A DNA stretch of 63,762 nucleotides, the filler included, from Octopus bimaculoides (lineage: Eukaryota): NCBI RefSeq assembly GCF_001194135.2. It is 4 parts of 4 records of this genome, joined end to end, with 100 filler letters (N's around TTAATTAATTAA, not from the genome) between each part and the next. Parts side by side here need not be neighbours in the genome. Positions count along the whole stretch, not along the records: positions 17,493 to 46,059 come from NC_068994.1; 3 more parts are not named here. One strand, 5' to 3'. The notes below the pieces were generated by a model. The model was not told where the DNA came from and made no database searches. It saw only the letters and a program-made list of their open reading frames with translations. The position numbers were made by a program, and so were the translations under genes. This document shows positions 27,716 to 40,039 of this stretch, piece after piece. The first letter of the stretch is position 1, and each line of letters starts with the position of its first letter.

Positions 27716-27936
27716 ATCTGGTTGTCAAATACAGTGAATCAAACGTTCCTTTCTCCATCTTCAACTACCTTTCACCAACAACTACCTTTCCCCGAAAACT
27801 ACCTTTGACCATAAGCGATAACGAAGGGACAGAACTGATTATACATATCGAAAGTAGCAAACGGTACTGTTTACGCATAGACCAAAGAGAAACAGTTTAC
27901 TTGACTACAGATGGATCAGAGTGCCTTGATGAAAAG
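27716..27936 (+). CDS. PLAT-repeat gene exon, module 1 (divergent)
   Basis: 221 nt, phase 1 to 0, donor AAG|gtgagt; (D)LVVKYSESNVPFSIFNYLSPTTTFPRKLPLTISDNEGTELIIHIESSKRYCLRIDQRETVYLTTDGSECLDEK. The acceptor (aaaag) is weak, so the exact start is uncertain. Confidence 0.7.
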
Positions 27937-28244
27937 GTGAGTATTCTTCTAATTTTAAATTAAACGATGTAATCAGAGAAAAAAGGGCAGCGGCAATGAC
28001 ATTTCGCAAGACCTTTAAGACTTGTGTAAGGAGCCAAACACTTAGCCTAAATACTAAAGTATCGAATGAGCAGATCGCAGCGTTAAACAGAATGGAAAAT
28101 TGATTCTACCACCCAGATAAAGGAACGGTTATTTGGCTGGCTCCTTTGGCAGGATTTCTTGTTTAGCCCCAGGTCACTCCTGTTTGAAAAGACCTATAAC
28201 CAATGACGTTCTAGCCGTAACCATATCGCCATTTTCAAGCATTA

Positions 28245-29531
28245 CAAGGGTCGATTGAAAAGTTCATAATCTGACCAACATACTCTCATGAAATGTGAGC
28301 AAATGAGGTATATTTTCAACATAGTCCCACTTGTGGTCCACACACTTCTTCCATCAGTGTTGCAGTGCTTGGATCCCATTGATGAAGAAGACTTCATCCT
28401 GTTGCTCAAAAAAGTCATCGACAGCAGATATGATGTCCTCATTATTGCGATACTGGTCCCCAGTGTTTTTTCATGCTGGAGAACATATGATAGTCAGATG
28501 AGGCCAAATCAGGAAAACAGGGAGGCTGATCAACCAGTTCAAAACCACAGTCACTCACAGCAGCCATTGAAGCTTGTGTGCTGGATCAGTGTCCTCATGA
28601 AATAAGACTACTTTCGTTAGTTTTCCTGAGTGTTTGGTCTTGATAGCCTTTTCTAACAGCCTCAGCAAGTTGGTATACTACTCTCCATTGAAAGTGTGGC
28701 CCCTTTTAAGATTGGCAACAAACACAGTGTCTTTTGCATCCCAAAATACTGAGGCCATCACCTTTCCTGCTCAGGAAACAAACTTGGCCTTCTTTGGAGC
28801 AGGTGAAGAGGGGTGTTTCCACTACATGGATTGTCTCTCTGTCTTTAGCTCAGAGTGATGAAGCCGGTACTCATCATGGGTTAGAAAATGTTCAAGGAAA
28901 CGACCGGATCTGCCCCACCAAAATGTCAGATTTTCCCATGAGGTGATCAGCCTGGTGCGCTTTTGATCAGGTATTAGAAGACGTGGCACCCACCCAGCAA
29001 GAACCTTCGTCATGCCAAGTTCATTGTGCAGAATATTCTCAACTCTCTTACGAGATATGCATTGGCTATTTTATTTATAGTCGATCACCTGTTTCCCATC
29101 AGCAAGTGGCGAACACGATCAAAACTCTCCCTTCCTCTCCTAAATCCAGCTGCTCATTTTTGCACTCTAGATAAAATTGGAGCGTCATCCCTAATGTAGC
29201 AACCATGTCAGCTTGAATGCCCTTGAGGGCTAAACAATTTTTTCTGCAAGTACTTGATAACTTCAAGATGCCAAATTTCGTCGATTTTCGAGAAAAGTCG
29301 CTACTAGTTATATTTTAAGTCTCCTTTGAACAGTCAGATGTCTATCGGTGTCTTTTGCCGATCAGTATGTGGCTAAGACAAAACGATTTGGTGGGCACGT
29401 CAAGGATTCTTTACTTTGACCGCACCTAAAGGAATAATTGTTTGGCTATATTTTGGAATGTTGTAAACAACATTCCTGTTTTCATTGAATTCTATTGTTA
29501 CTCCAGAAATTTTAATATTTCAATCGAGTCA
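28245..29531 (-). mobile_element. Mariner transposon, decayed
   Basis: The minus strand has MTKVLAGWVPRLLIPDQK (WVP motif) and DLASSDYHMF (YSPDL-like region). TA-flanked TIR caagggtcgattgaaaag at 28245 and a partial inverted match tttcaatcgag at about 29518. Confidence 0.85.
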
Positions 29532-29557
29532 ATGGTTATTGACTGAATGAACTTAAA

Positions 29558-29751
29558 CTCGATTGAAATGAACTTAGCATGAGTAAGGTTTCTGCTCGGT
29601 GGACGCCATGTCCTCTGACACCTGATAAAATTGTGTACCAGGCTGATCAAATCACGGGAAAACCTGACACTGTTTGAGGCATATCTAGCTGGTTTCCTTG
29701 AGCTGATAACTTTGAACCAGAAAACAAAGAAACAATCCATGCAGTGGAAAC
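29558..29751 (+). mobile_element. Second, internally deleted mariner copy in the opposite orientation
   Basis: MSKVSARWTP... and ...KKQSMQWK on the + strand, preceded by TIR-like actcgattgaaa; runs into a gap. Confidence 0.7.
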
Positions 29752-30083
29752 NNNNNNNNNNNNNNNNNNNNNNNNNNNNNNNNNNNNNNNNNNNNNNNNN
29801 NNNNNNNNNNNNNNNNNNNNNNNNNNNNNNNNNNNNNNNNNNNNNNNNNNNNNNNNNNNNNNNNNNNNNNNNNNNNNNNNNNNNNNNNNNNNNNNNNNNN
29901 NNNNNNNNNNNNNNNNNNNNNNNNNNNNNNNNNNNNNNNNNNNNNNNNNNNNNNNNNNNNNNNNNNNNNNNNNNNNNNNNNNNNNNNNNNNNNNNNNNNN
30001 NNNNNNNNNNNNNNNNNNNNNNNNNNNNNNNNNNNNNNNNNNNNNNNNNNNNNNNNNNNNNNNNNNNNNNNNNNNNNNNNNNN

Positions 30084-30130
<47 letters not shown>

Positions 30131-30509
30131 GCGCTCGCAGATTAGTATTTAAAGTCGCATACATTTGTATACATCGAAAGAGAAGAAAACAGCAAACAAA
30201 AAGAATAATAAATGAATAAAAAAATCTAAAAAAAAACCCAAAAAGAATTATTTATGGATTATTGTTGTTATTTGAAATCCTAACAGAAAATATCTTTAAC
30301 TATACGGCAAAGCAAATTACAATAGCATTTTACTAAGTGAATATGTAATTTATGAAACTGTGTTCTTGTTCATATATACGTACGTGTGGGTGTGTGAACA
30401 ATTATATACAAATGTGTGTGATAGATGATAGAGATATATATTATACACGTATATTTATATGCACAAATATATACATACATAGTGTTGTGGAAGGATCCTG
30501 ACCACCTCC

Positions 30510-30630
30510 GTATGACCAAAAGTAGAAATTTTCGACTACAGACTGATCATCGTCCGTTATTATCAATATGTAGGTCGAAGAAAGGAATCTCTACCCATGC
30601 TGTTAATAGGTTGCAATGTTGGGGTATTAT
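30510..30630 (+). mobile_element. Gypsy-type pol RNase H relic
   Basis: NFRLQTDHRPLLSICRSKKGISTHAVNRLQCWGIILL matches the F.L.TDH.PL...NRLQRW motif. Confidence 0.75.
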
Positions 30631-30988
30631 ATTATTACATACATACATACATTTATATACAACATATATTTCCACTTGCATACATACATACATACATACA
30701 TACACACATACATACATACATTTATGTACAACATATATTTCCACTTGCACAAGCACAATTAAAAAAAAAAGGAAGTCTATTCTGTTTGGCTCCACTACTT
30801 GAAATTTTAAAATTAAGCGAAAATTTTCAAATTTGGTATATTGATGTAATTTTTTTCACGCTGAATCTAATGTTGTTATTAACTTATTACAGAAGTAATT
30901 TAGAAAAATCTTACTGAGGTTTAAAATTTGATAATTTTTAATTACTCAGAAAATAATACTTGGAAGCTGGCATTTTGTGTGTGATGAG

Positions 30989-31043
30989 AACATTACGACG
31001 ACTGATGACAACATTACGACGACTGATGACAACATTACGACGA
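30989..31043. repeat. 21-bp tandem repeat x2.6
   Basis: aacattacgacgactgatgac repeated. Confidence 0.95.
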
Positions 31044-31292
31044 TAAAACATTCAAAGCATGTAATGCGAAAAATTCTCAAAAAAACCCCAAAAAACTGAA
31101 ATTGAACGTTAAATTACAAAAAGAAAAAGAAACCTCAAAAAATCTGTATTTCAGCTCATGTAAGCAATACATATTTTGTAGCGAGAAGGTTAAATTAGAA
31201 AAAAATATCCGTTCGTTTCTCAGACAGCAATAAACGAGTAAAAGCACGAAAGCACAACATAAACAACACGTGCTTAGACAGGACAGCAACAA

Positions 31293-31345
31293 ATTGGCTT
31301 GTTACTATGGAAACAGACACCAATATGTCTGTGGCTTTCGATTGG
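31293..31345. promoter_or_regulatory. RFX X-box-like palindrome with three CCAAT/ATTGG motifs
   Basis: GTTACTATGGAAAC at 31301-31314; ATTGG at 31293 and 31341, CCAAT at 31320. Motif match only. Confidence 0.3.
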
Positions 31346-33227
31346 TTAAAATTATGCGACATCTGTAAAATTTAGAAGCTATTAACTTTTTATTTATTCA
31401 TTTATAGCAAAACTGAATTTTAATTTCCATAGTTAGCATACAAAACCACGTCAATACACCGAATTTGAAATCAAGAAAATGGAAGGAATTGAAAAGTGAA
31501 AGGCAAACAGAAAAGATCCAAAAAGAGCTACTAATATTTTCATGCAGTACAGATACAATAATCTGGCACATTTGTATAACATGCCATGTGCCTTCAAGCA
31601 ATCTTACAGGCTCAGTGCTGACTTACCGTTATACCAATTTGAAAACGAGGACGCTGATTTATGAGAAAGAAACGCGAAGAAGGTTGATGCAGAAAGCGGA
31701 ACAAGAATAAAAATAAGAAGACCAAGATTTTCGATCCTTTTGTCTGTAGAAATCATAATTAATGTAGCTGCATAAAATAATATAACGGAGTGGAGGCCAG
31801 TGCCTGTGAGATAGCTACTCAGTCAGGTGAGGGTGGTGTCCTCCAATTCGACAAAAAAGAAATTTGACCATCTGCTTGAATTTGCTAAAAGTTTCGGATC
31901 AGGAATTAAGTGGTATGGTGGAATTCTTGAATCTAAAAAAGAAAGTGTGATCTTTCAGCGACGCATGACGTGGATTTCTTTCATCTGTTTATATATGATG
32001 TAGATTTTCCCACGATTTTCCACTCGATTTTATGTGGTTTTCTGATCCCCATACGTACATGGCTAACCAACTAAGTAGCTTTGTTTTTATCGATGTTACG
32101 TTAAGAAGACTGGTAGTTTGCATAACGGCTTTTCAAATTACCTTCGCATAAACCTACATAATTTTTCTTCTCGATTGTGTTGCCTTGGAACACTGCTGTA
32201 ACTTAGGCTTCTCAAACTGCCTTTATCAAGCGGGTAAGCTTCAGGATCTCGACAGTTACAACTGAGAGTAAACTCTTGGTGTGACTTGCGAGTGATAAGA
32301 TCCTTACTTTTCTTTCTTTCTTTCTTTTTGCTCCACTTTTTGCATCAACCTTTTTTCGCATTTTTTCCCCGTTTTTCTTCATGTTTCTCATAGAGCAACA
32401 TCCTGGTTTTCAAATTAGTCTAATGGTATACACTGAGCCTGAAAGATTGCTTCAAGACACAAGGCATGTTATATAAATCTGTCAGTTTGTGTCCTTGCTT
32501 CAGCTTATATAAAATCCCATGTAATGTAAAAAAAAAAAAAAGAACAGAATCCTAGCTTAGCACTTTCATAAAATATAGATCCTTAAAATGGAACGAATTA
32601 CTGGCGTCCTTCAAAGAGACATGCACAAAAACTAGCTGTATCCCATTATGGGGGCAGTGCAACAGCTTTTCAATTAGGCGATTGAAACACCATGCTTTGA
32701 ACCGAAACATAAATAATGATCTCGGTTGAATTTATTTTGCTCGTAGAACAAGACGAGGGAACTTCAATAAGCAGCTTCTCGACCTTCTACGAATAACAAC
32801 AATCTTTATGAAAAAATGAAGCACTGGGTATGAAATAAATAGGATGCTCATGGATGGAATGGTTTTGATTATAGATTTGGTTCATCATTGTTGACCTGAG
32901 AACATACAACAATTAAGGCATGTAGGTAGTACCCCTAATCTGTTGGTCGGTTAAACATCACCACTTAGTCATAGGGTACCCTAAGCGGAGTCCTATTTGT
33001 TACAAGTAATCAGAAGTATCTGGTGTGAAGATGGCTCTATATCATTATGCACTGCTTCCTACAACGGAGAATATTCTCGCCAATTTGCCTACAGTTACAG
33101 AAATCATGTTAAGAATATAACTATTGTGGTACGGCTCTTCTACGCTTCTGACTAAGTTACAAAATGAATAATAATATCGATTTTACTGTTCTTTCAATGT
33201 TATTTACTCGAAACTTTTGTTTTTCAG

Positions 33228-33303
33228 TATGATATCAATGTCTACCAGAGAATCAACCAGTACTCGATCAATTATCAGCCCTTAAATTCCTGTTTGATTG
33301 CTG
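33228..33303 (+). CDS. PLAT-repeat gene exon, module 1 second exon
   Basis: ttttgtttttcag|...CTG|gtaata, 76 nt, phase 0 to 1; YDINVYQRINQYSINYQPLNSCLIA. Confidence 0.75.
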
Positions 33304-34584
33304 GTAATAATAAAAAATTGTTTTTGATTTTTAATTTTTCAAATTATGGGAAAGCGATTGGTAACGTTAATGCTGGTGTTTTACTTTTGTTGGTAGTAAT
33401 GCTGGTGTTAGTGTTGGTGCGTTGGACATCTGAAAATATTGCTCTTACATTTCCAGTTAATCTGAATCATTCAGAGTTACTATCTTTCCCAGCAATACGT
33501 ACTCTTGTCTCTTCAAAGAGTAATCACTAGGCAGAGATTCAGGTTCTGTTACCCATACCACCTCAATGCATACTAGCACAGATCAGCAGCTTATTAAATT
33601 GACTCCAGTACTTGACATGTACTTTTATCGAACTCCAGTACTTTTATTGACTCCAGTACTTGGAATGTACTATTTTATCGAACTTTCATCAAAGAATGGA
33701 AAGTAAAGTTTAATTTAGAGAGATATGAAATCAGAAGACAACGAGACAGAAGAAACAGCGTGAGTTATTTCGTCCGACGCTTTAACAATTGTGTCATTCC
33801 ACCTGCCGCGTTCTCTGCTGATTAAGCTTTATTTTCAGAATATTAGTTATCTACCATGAGCTTACAGATTAATCCGCCAGAAAATAATAAACAATATAAG
33901 TGCATACTATCTGTACAATGCTCCCGACACATCTCTAGAAATACTGTGTTAAAATCTGCTCAGAAACAATTTGCCGAGTGTGAATAAAATCTCTACCTGG
34001 TTGTGGACGCTTCTATGTGATGGGCTTAATGTAACTTGGACTATTCCATATCAGACATCACACGTAGTCGATAGGCAGCAGGTATTGCTGCGTGGTTAAG
34101 CTGTCTGCTTCACAACCACGTGGTTTTGAGTTAGATGCCACCATGCGGCTCTTAAGACAAGTGTCTATTTACCATTGCTGATATTTGATAGACGGAAACT
34201 TCTGTGGAGTTTATGAGTGGAATTTGATAAATTGAAACTTTTTGAAAGCATGTAAGAAGGGCCATGATTTATACATATAAGCTGTTGCCTAATTTAACAC
34301 CATCACTTCCTCTGGTGTATTTAACAGTTCTATTCTGTTGCAAGTATTTAGACTCACTCTGAGAATAACTTATCCCTTCTTTCTCCCGTCTTGAATGTCC
34401 TAAAGAAGAAATTATAGACACTGCTTTTTGTTTTCTGACTGTACTGACAATGAAGATAACAGGCTCATTTCATTGTTGATTGTAATTTACATTTAACTCC
34501 AAACACTATACCTTATGTTAAGATACACTGACAGCTTCATTGAGGAAGCAAAACTTATGCTATATTTTCCTCCACTTCTTACAG

Positions 34585-34805
34585 ATGCTGAGTTTAGAAT
34601 GATGCTGGTAATAATTAGAACGAATATCAGTAATGCAGATCGTAAAAGCAGCTTGCATTTTCGATTAAATGGCGAGCTTGAATTCAATTTTCAAGGAATA
34701 ACACCCGGCAGGACTCAAATATTCTTGGTCCCTGCAGCACAGTATAACAATATAAATTCACTGGAAGTCTCAGCACCACGGCATAGCAATTTGATTTTAA
34801 ATGAG
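34585..34805 (+). CDS. PLAT-repeat gene exon, module 2
   Basis: cttcttacag|...GAG|gtaagt, 221 nt, phase 1 to 0; AEFRMMLVIIRTNISNADRKSSLHFRLNGELEFNFQGITPGRTQIFLVPAAQYNNINSLEVSAPRHSNLILNE. Confidence 0.8.
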
Positions 34806-35839
34806 GTAAGTATGTACAGCCAAAACTTGAAATGGTCAATTAGATAAGGCATAAAACCAAACTATTCATAGAACCAAACAACTCATAGAACCAAACTATA
34901 TAGCGTTATACAATTATAAATAACCACTTGGGCAAGAAAGATTTGTGAACCAATGCCGTTGCATTAAGCGAGTGGTGTATTCGTTACAACGTCAAAGTAA
35001 CAAAAGAGACTTTCTGTGCATGACTGTAATGCATCGTTCATTGTAGTTGGCTTCATTTACTGAGACTCTCAGAATTAAATGTTTCTAACTATGGACGTGC
35101 TCCCTATTCAGGAATATATATGCACATACATAAATATTTACATGCATACATATAAATATACGTACACTATGTATATACTCTTTACTCTCTTTTACTCTTT
35201 TACTTGTTTCAGTCATTTGACTGCGTCCATGCTGGAGCACCGCCCTTAGTCGAGCAAATCGACCCTANNNNNNNNNNNNNNNNNNNNNNNNNNNNNNNNN
35301 NNNNNNNNNNNNNNNNNNNNNNNNNNNNNNNNNNNNNNNNNNNNNNNNNNNNNNNNNNNNNNNNNNNNNNNNNNNNNNNNNNNNNNNNNNNNNNNNNNNN
35401 NNNNNNNNNNNNNNNNNNNNNNNNNNNNNNNNNNNNNNNNNNNNNNNNNNNNNNNNNNNNNNNNNNNNNNNNNNNNNNNNNNNNNNNNNNNNNNNNNNNN
35501 NNNNNNNNNNNNNNNNNNNNNNNNNNNNNNNNNNNNNNNNNNNNNNNNNNNNNNNNNNNNNNNNNNNNNNNNNNNNNNNNNNNNNNNNNNNNNNNNNNNN
35601 NNNNNNNNNNNNNNNNNNNNNNNNNNNNNNNNNNNNNNNNNNNNNNNNNNNNNNNNNNNNNNNNNNNNNNNNNNNNNNNNNNNNNNNNNNNNNNNNNNNN
35701 NNNNNNNNNNNNNNNNNNNNNNNNNNNNNNNNNNNNNNNNNNNNNNNNNNNNNNNNNNNNNNNNNNNNNNNNNNNNNNNNNNNNNNNNNNTATATATAGT
35801 CACACACACACACACGCACACACACACACGCACACACAC

Positions 35840-35879
<40 letters not shown>

Positions 35880-36382
35880 GCACACACGAATATGTATATA
35901 TGGATAAATAGACAGATACAGGTATATTGATATATGAGGTAAGTAATACGGGAGGCAAGAGAAAAATGTGTATTATCATGTTTGGGTGTGAAATGCTATA
36001 ATGTTGAAGAAAGTTATGAACAAGAGAAGTGAAAGAGGGTACAACACAATGCTGGTGCAAGAACAAAACAAGAGTTTTAATTCTGTGAGTGAATAAAAAT
36101 AGTAAGGTACGTAAAGGAGCAAGAGGAATGCGACAGAAGTGAAGTTATAGTGAGATGGAAAACGAAAGGAGAAAAAAAAGAATAATTAGAAACATGAACA
36201 AACTAGTTCATGGAGTGAAGAGAAAGTGGGAAAAAATTAAGAGAACTGAGAAAAAATTGGAGGGTTAAACTAAAACTGACAAAAATATAATATATTTTTG
36301 TTTACAGAATGTGATATGAATTAAATAAAAGCAATAATAAATACATTTATTCAATAATTTAAAGCTGCTTGAATATTTTCAG

Positions 36383-36473
36383 ATCATCCTCTTTAAGGAG
36401 TTTTTGTTTGAGAAACGATTCGTGCATTTTGAATTACTCACAAGACAAATATATTATGTTAATGAACAGAAAG
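36383..36473 (+). CDS. PLAT-repeat gene exon, module 2 second exon
   Basis: attttcag|...AAG|gtaagt, 91 nt, phase 0 to 1; IILFKEFLFEKRFVHFELLTRQIYYVNEQK. Confidence 0.8.
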
Positions 36474-36551
36474 GTAAGTACTTTCTATCTCACGCATACA
36501 CATACAACACACAAACACACACACACTCACACGCACACACGCACACACACA

Positions 36552-36618
<67 letters not shown>

Positions 36619-37389
36619 CACACACACACACACATAGATAGATACTTAAACTCATATACAAAATGTGTACCAAAATGGCAATATAATTCTCTGTCAGAAT
36701 CTGAGCAGTGTGTTGGTCACACCAATCGGTACTCATTCACAAAAGTCCTACCTTTCTCTCTAGTTATGGATATCATGGCTAGACTATACTTCACTGACGA
36801 TGTCAAATAAGACCCAAACATGTCCATAGTTGTCTCTCTTTAGTACCAAAGTTTAGACTTATTTCCCACCCGCCATATTTTTATTTTTGAATTAATTGTA
36901 ATTCATTTAAATTATGGAGTCTGTCTTCCTTTACTTTTTTTGAGCTGAGCTAATTACATAGGCCAAGAAAGAAATTTTTCCACTCTGTTGTCAAAAAATT
37001 TAGACCCGAACTAGGAGTTTTTGGTACACAGAATCTGAAAATGACACCCATCACGTAACGATTTTAAGATACTGGATCCATAGACTTCAAACAGCTTATG
37101 AAGAACAAGATATAACATTCAAGCATAGACAGAAACTGATTTTTCATCAAAACCAGAATGTTTCCTTAAAATTCTACAAAAAAATCTAGTAAAAGTTTTA
37201 AAAAATTTCTACAGAAAAATAACATCATTGTTTATGTTTAATCTCGCTTGAATTTACGTTGGGATAATTTTCTTGAGTGCTGGGCCTCAGAAAGATCATG
37301 ATCCAAGTCCCGGCAATAGTCCGCCAACATATGCAAGTCCAATCTGCTTTGATACCTTTGTTCCATTAATTTTATGCCCTGATGGAAAC

Positions 37390-38235
37390 GTTCTGCCTGC
37401 TCATCTCTTATTTCACCAATGTTTTCAGAGAGTTAATCTAGATAACTGAGGAGATAGCGCAGCCTTATGCTCGCATATTCTTCCAACTTTTGAAAGTTCT
37501 CCAGCATGTCTCCGCTTATTTACTGGAGTTGTTCTGTTCATGTGTAGACATGCTCTGAGTCTGCGGCATCTCCAGATATTCTGCATAAGACCTTTGCCCA
37601 GCTCATCTGCTAGACTGAGCTGCAGTCTTGGGTCAAGAAAAGACTCAGACAAGGTGACTGGTATCTGGAATGTTATAAGGTACACACTATCCTCTACCAG
37701 GCGGGAAAACCGGTCAGTGGAACATCCACTCTTGAGTTCTATAGATGCTTAGTGGTGGGAAAGTGCGATGACCCACTCGGAGAGGTTCTGAGCGTCGACG
37801 AAGTCGAGCTGACCAGTCTGTTCCGGAAAACTTTCGAGCCGGGGACGATGGATAACTTGCAGAAATCCCTCGCTTAGCAGTGTTACCGGGGGGAAGGGGT
37901 GCACTGCCGGTTCGAGATAAACTTTACAAGCACGGACCTGCCCAAGATGCGCGCAGAGCTACGAAACTGTTCTGCACACACTCGTACAGTGTCCATGCAT
38001 TACTGACTTGTGGAGTTATTTCGAACAATTGTTGTCGTATATAGGACGGATCCAGCTATCGGTCGAGTCCATAGTGAAGATTGACCTGCCGTCTTCCTTT
38101 CGCCAGGAAGGGCAGGCAATGTCCCCCTGTTTGGTAGCAGTAGCGAAGAGGTTGTATGGTGGACCAGGTTGAAAGGACTGAAGACAGGCGATTTTCTTTT
38201 CAGCCAATCCCTCGTCAACTTTTTCAGATTTCCCT
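37390..38235 (+). mobile_element. Tx1/L1-like LINE ORF2 C-terminal fragment
   Basis: Frameshifted ...LPVRDKLYKHG...ETVLHTLVQCPCITDLWSYFEQLL...VVWWTRLKG...FLFSQSLVNFF (CCHC finger region). Confidence 0.7.
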
Positions 38236-39725
38236 TGCACATAACAAGGTGTTAGCTATAAATTCCTTAACAGTTCCAGTTGTTATTTACAGTTTCAATA
38301 TATTGAACTGGAATATGAGCGAAATAAGGAAGATTGACAGGAAAATCTGTAAGCTGCTGACTTGCAATAAGATGCACTACTCAAAGGCAGATGCAGATCA
38401 TCTTTACCGACCCAGAGCTCAAGGAGGTCGAGGCTTGATCCAATTTGAAATCTACAAAACCACCACAGTTGGACTGGCAAAATATCTTGAAATATCTTAC
38501 GACTGGATGCTAAAGCACGTTGAAAACCATGAAAGACGTAAGAAGCTTCATTCTGTTGTGAAGAGAACAACAAATTTTCAAGTGGGTTTATTCATGATAC
38601 CCAGGTTGAACAGCCTGATGGAAGTGCGACAACTGTGGTTGCAAAGAAGGTGAAATCAATAGCAAAGTAAAATACGTTTGAACAATTGGCTGATTGGTGG
38701 GAACAAAAACCTCTGCATGGCAAATATGTGGCCTAGCAAACAAGCTGATGTAGACCAGAAGTACACCCATCAGTGGCTACGGAGCTCAGGCCTAAAGGCA
38801 GAGAGTGAAGGCTTTATCTTAGCTGACCAAGATCAGATCTTATTGTCCCGGAACTATCAAGCCAATGTGATAAAAATGGTGTAGACCCAAAGTGCCGATA
38901 GTGCAACGATGAGATAGAAACAGTGGACCACCTAATTTCAGGATGTAAGGTTTTAGAATCTGTAGAATACAAATCAAGACATGACAGAGTTGACCAATAT
39001 CTACATTGGATAATGTGTCGGCATTATAAAATCAAAACTGTTGACAAATAGTACAAGTACCACCCTGAAGCTGTAACTGAGGGTGAAAATGTAACTATCT
39101 TTTTGGACTTCCCAGTATGTACAGATCGGACCATGAAAGCAAATAAACCAGATATTGTTGTGAAAGACAAAACGATAAAGTCTGTTTATTGATTGACATG
39201 AACATACCCTGTGACCGTAGTGACAATAATATCTCAGCAAAAGAATTTGATAAGCTCAGAAAAGATAGATTTGCTAATCGAAATCGAAAAGATATGGCAT
39301 CTGAAGACGGTCACAATATCAATGATTGCAGGGGCACTTGGAATGATCAAAAAAGGAACTGAAAATTATTTAAGAATGATCTCTGGCTTACCATCCATGC
39401 AGGAAGTGCGAAAGATTTTCTTAACTGGTATGTCACACGTATTGAGAAGAACACTGTCGCTGTGAATTTTCTTTCATATTTCCCCCTTTATTTTATTTCT
39501 TTCCTTTTTATTTTTTATTTTTTATTTTTTATTATTTCTCTCTGTCTTCCCCTTTTTCTCTATCACATGACTTTGCAAGTGAACAATCTGGTGTGTTTAT
39601 TTTAATAGCCTACCAAAGTAGACAGTACGTTTCTCTGCCCTAGGTGTCAGGAAGACACTCGGAAAGAAATGGAAACAGAATTGAAAGAAGATGCTAATGA
39701 AAATAATAATGATGATAATGATAAT
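38236..39725 (+). mobile_element. 5'-truncated R4/Dong-like RLE non-LTR retrotransposon
   Basis: AHNKVLAINS...LYRPRAQGGRGL, a C..C...ETVDHLISGC finger and the ANKPDIVV..K....LID restriction-like endonuclease; ends at ...VLRRTLSL*, then a 3' UTR and a TAA/TGA-rich tail. Confidence 0.85.
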
Positions 39726-39944
39726 AACGGTTTCAAATTTTGCCACAAGCGCAGCAATTTTGGATGAGGGGATAAGTCAATTACATCGATCCCAGTGTTC
39801 ATCTGGTACTTATTTTATCGACCTCGAAAGGATGAAAGGCAAAGTCGGCCTCGGCGGAATTTGAATTCAGAACATAGCGACGGGTGATATACCGCTAAGC
39901 AATTCGTCCAGCGTGCTAACGACTCTGCCAGCTCGCCGCCTTGA

Positions 39945-40009
<65 letters not shown>

Positions 40010-40039
40010 ACAACAACAACAACAATAATAATAATAGTA

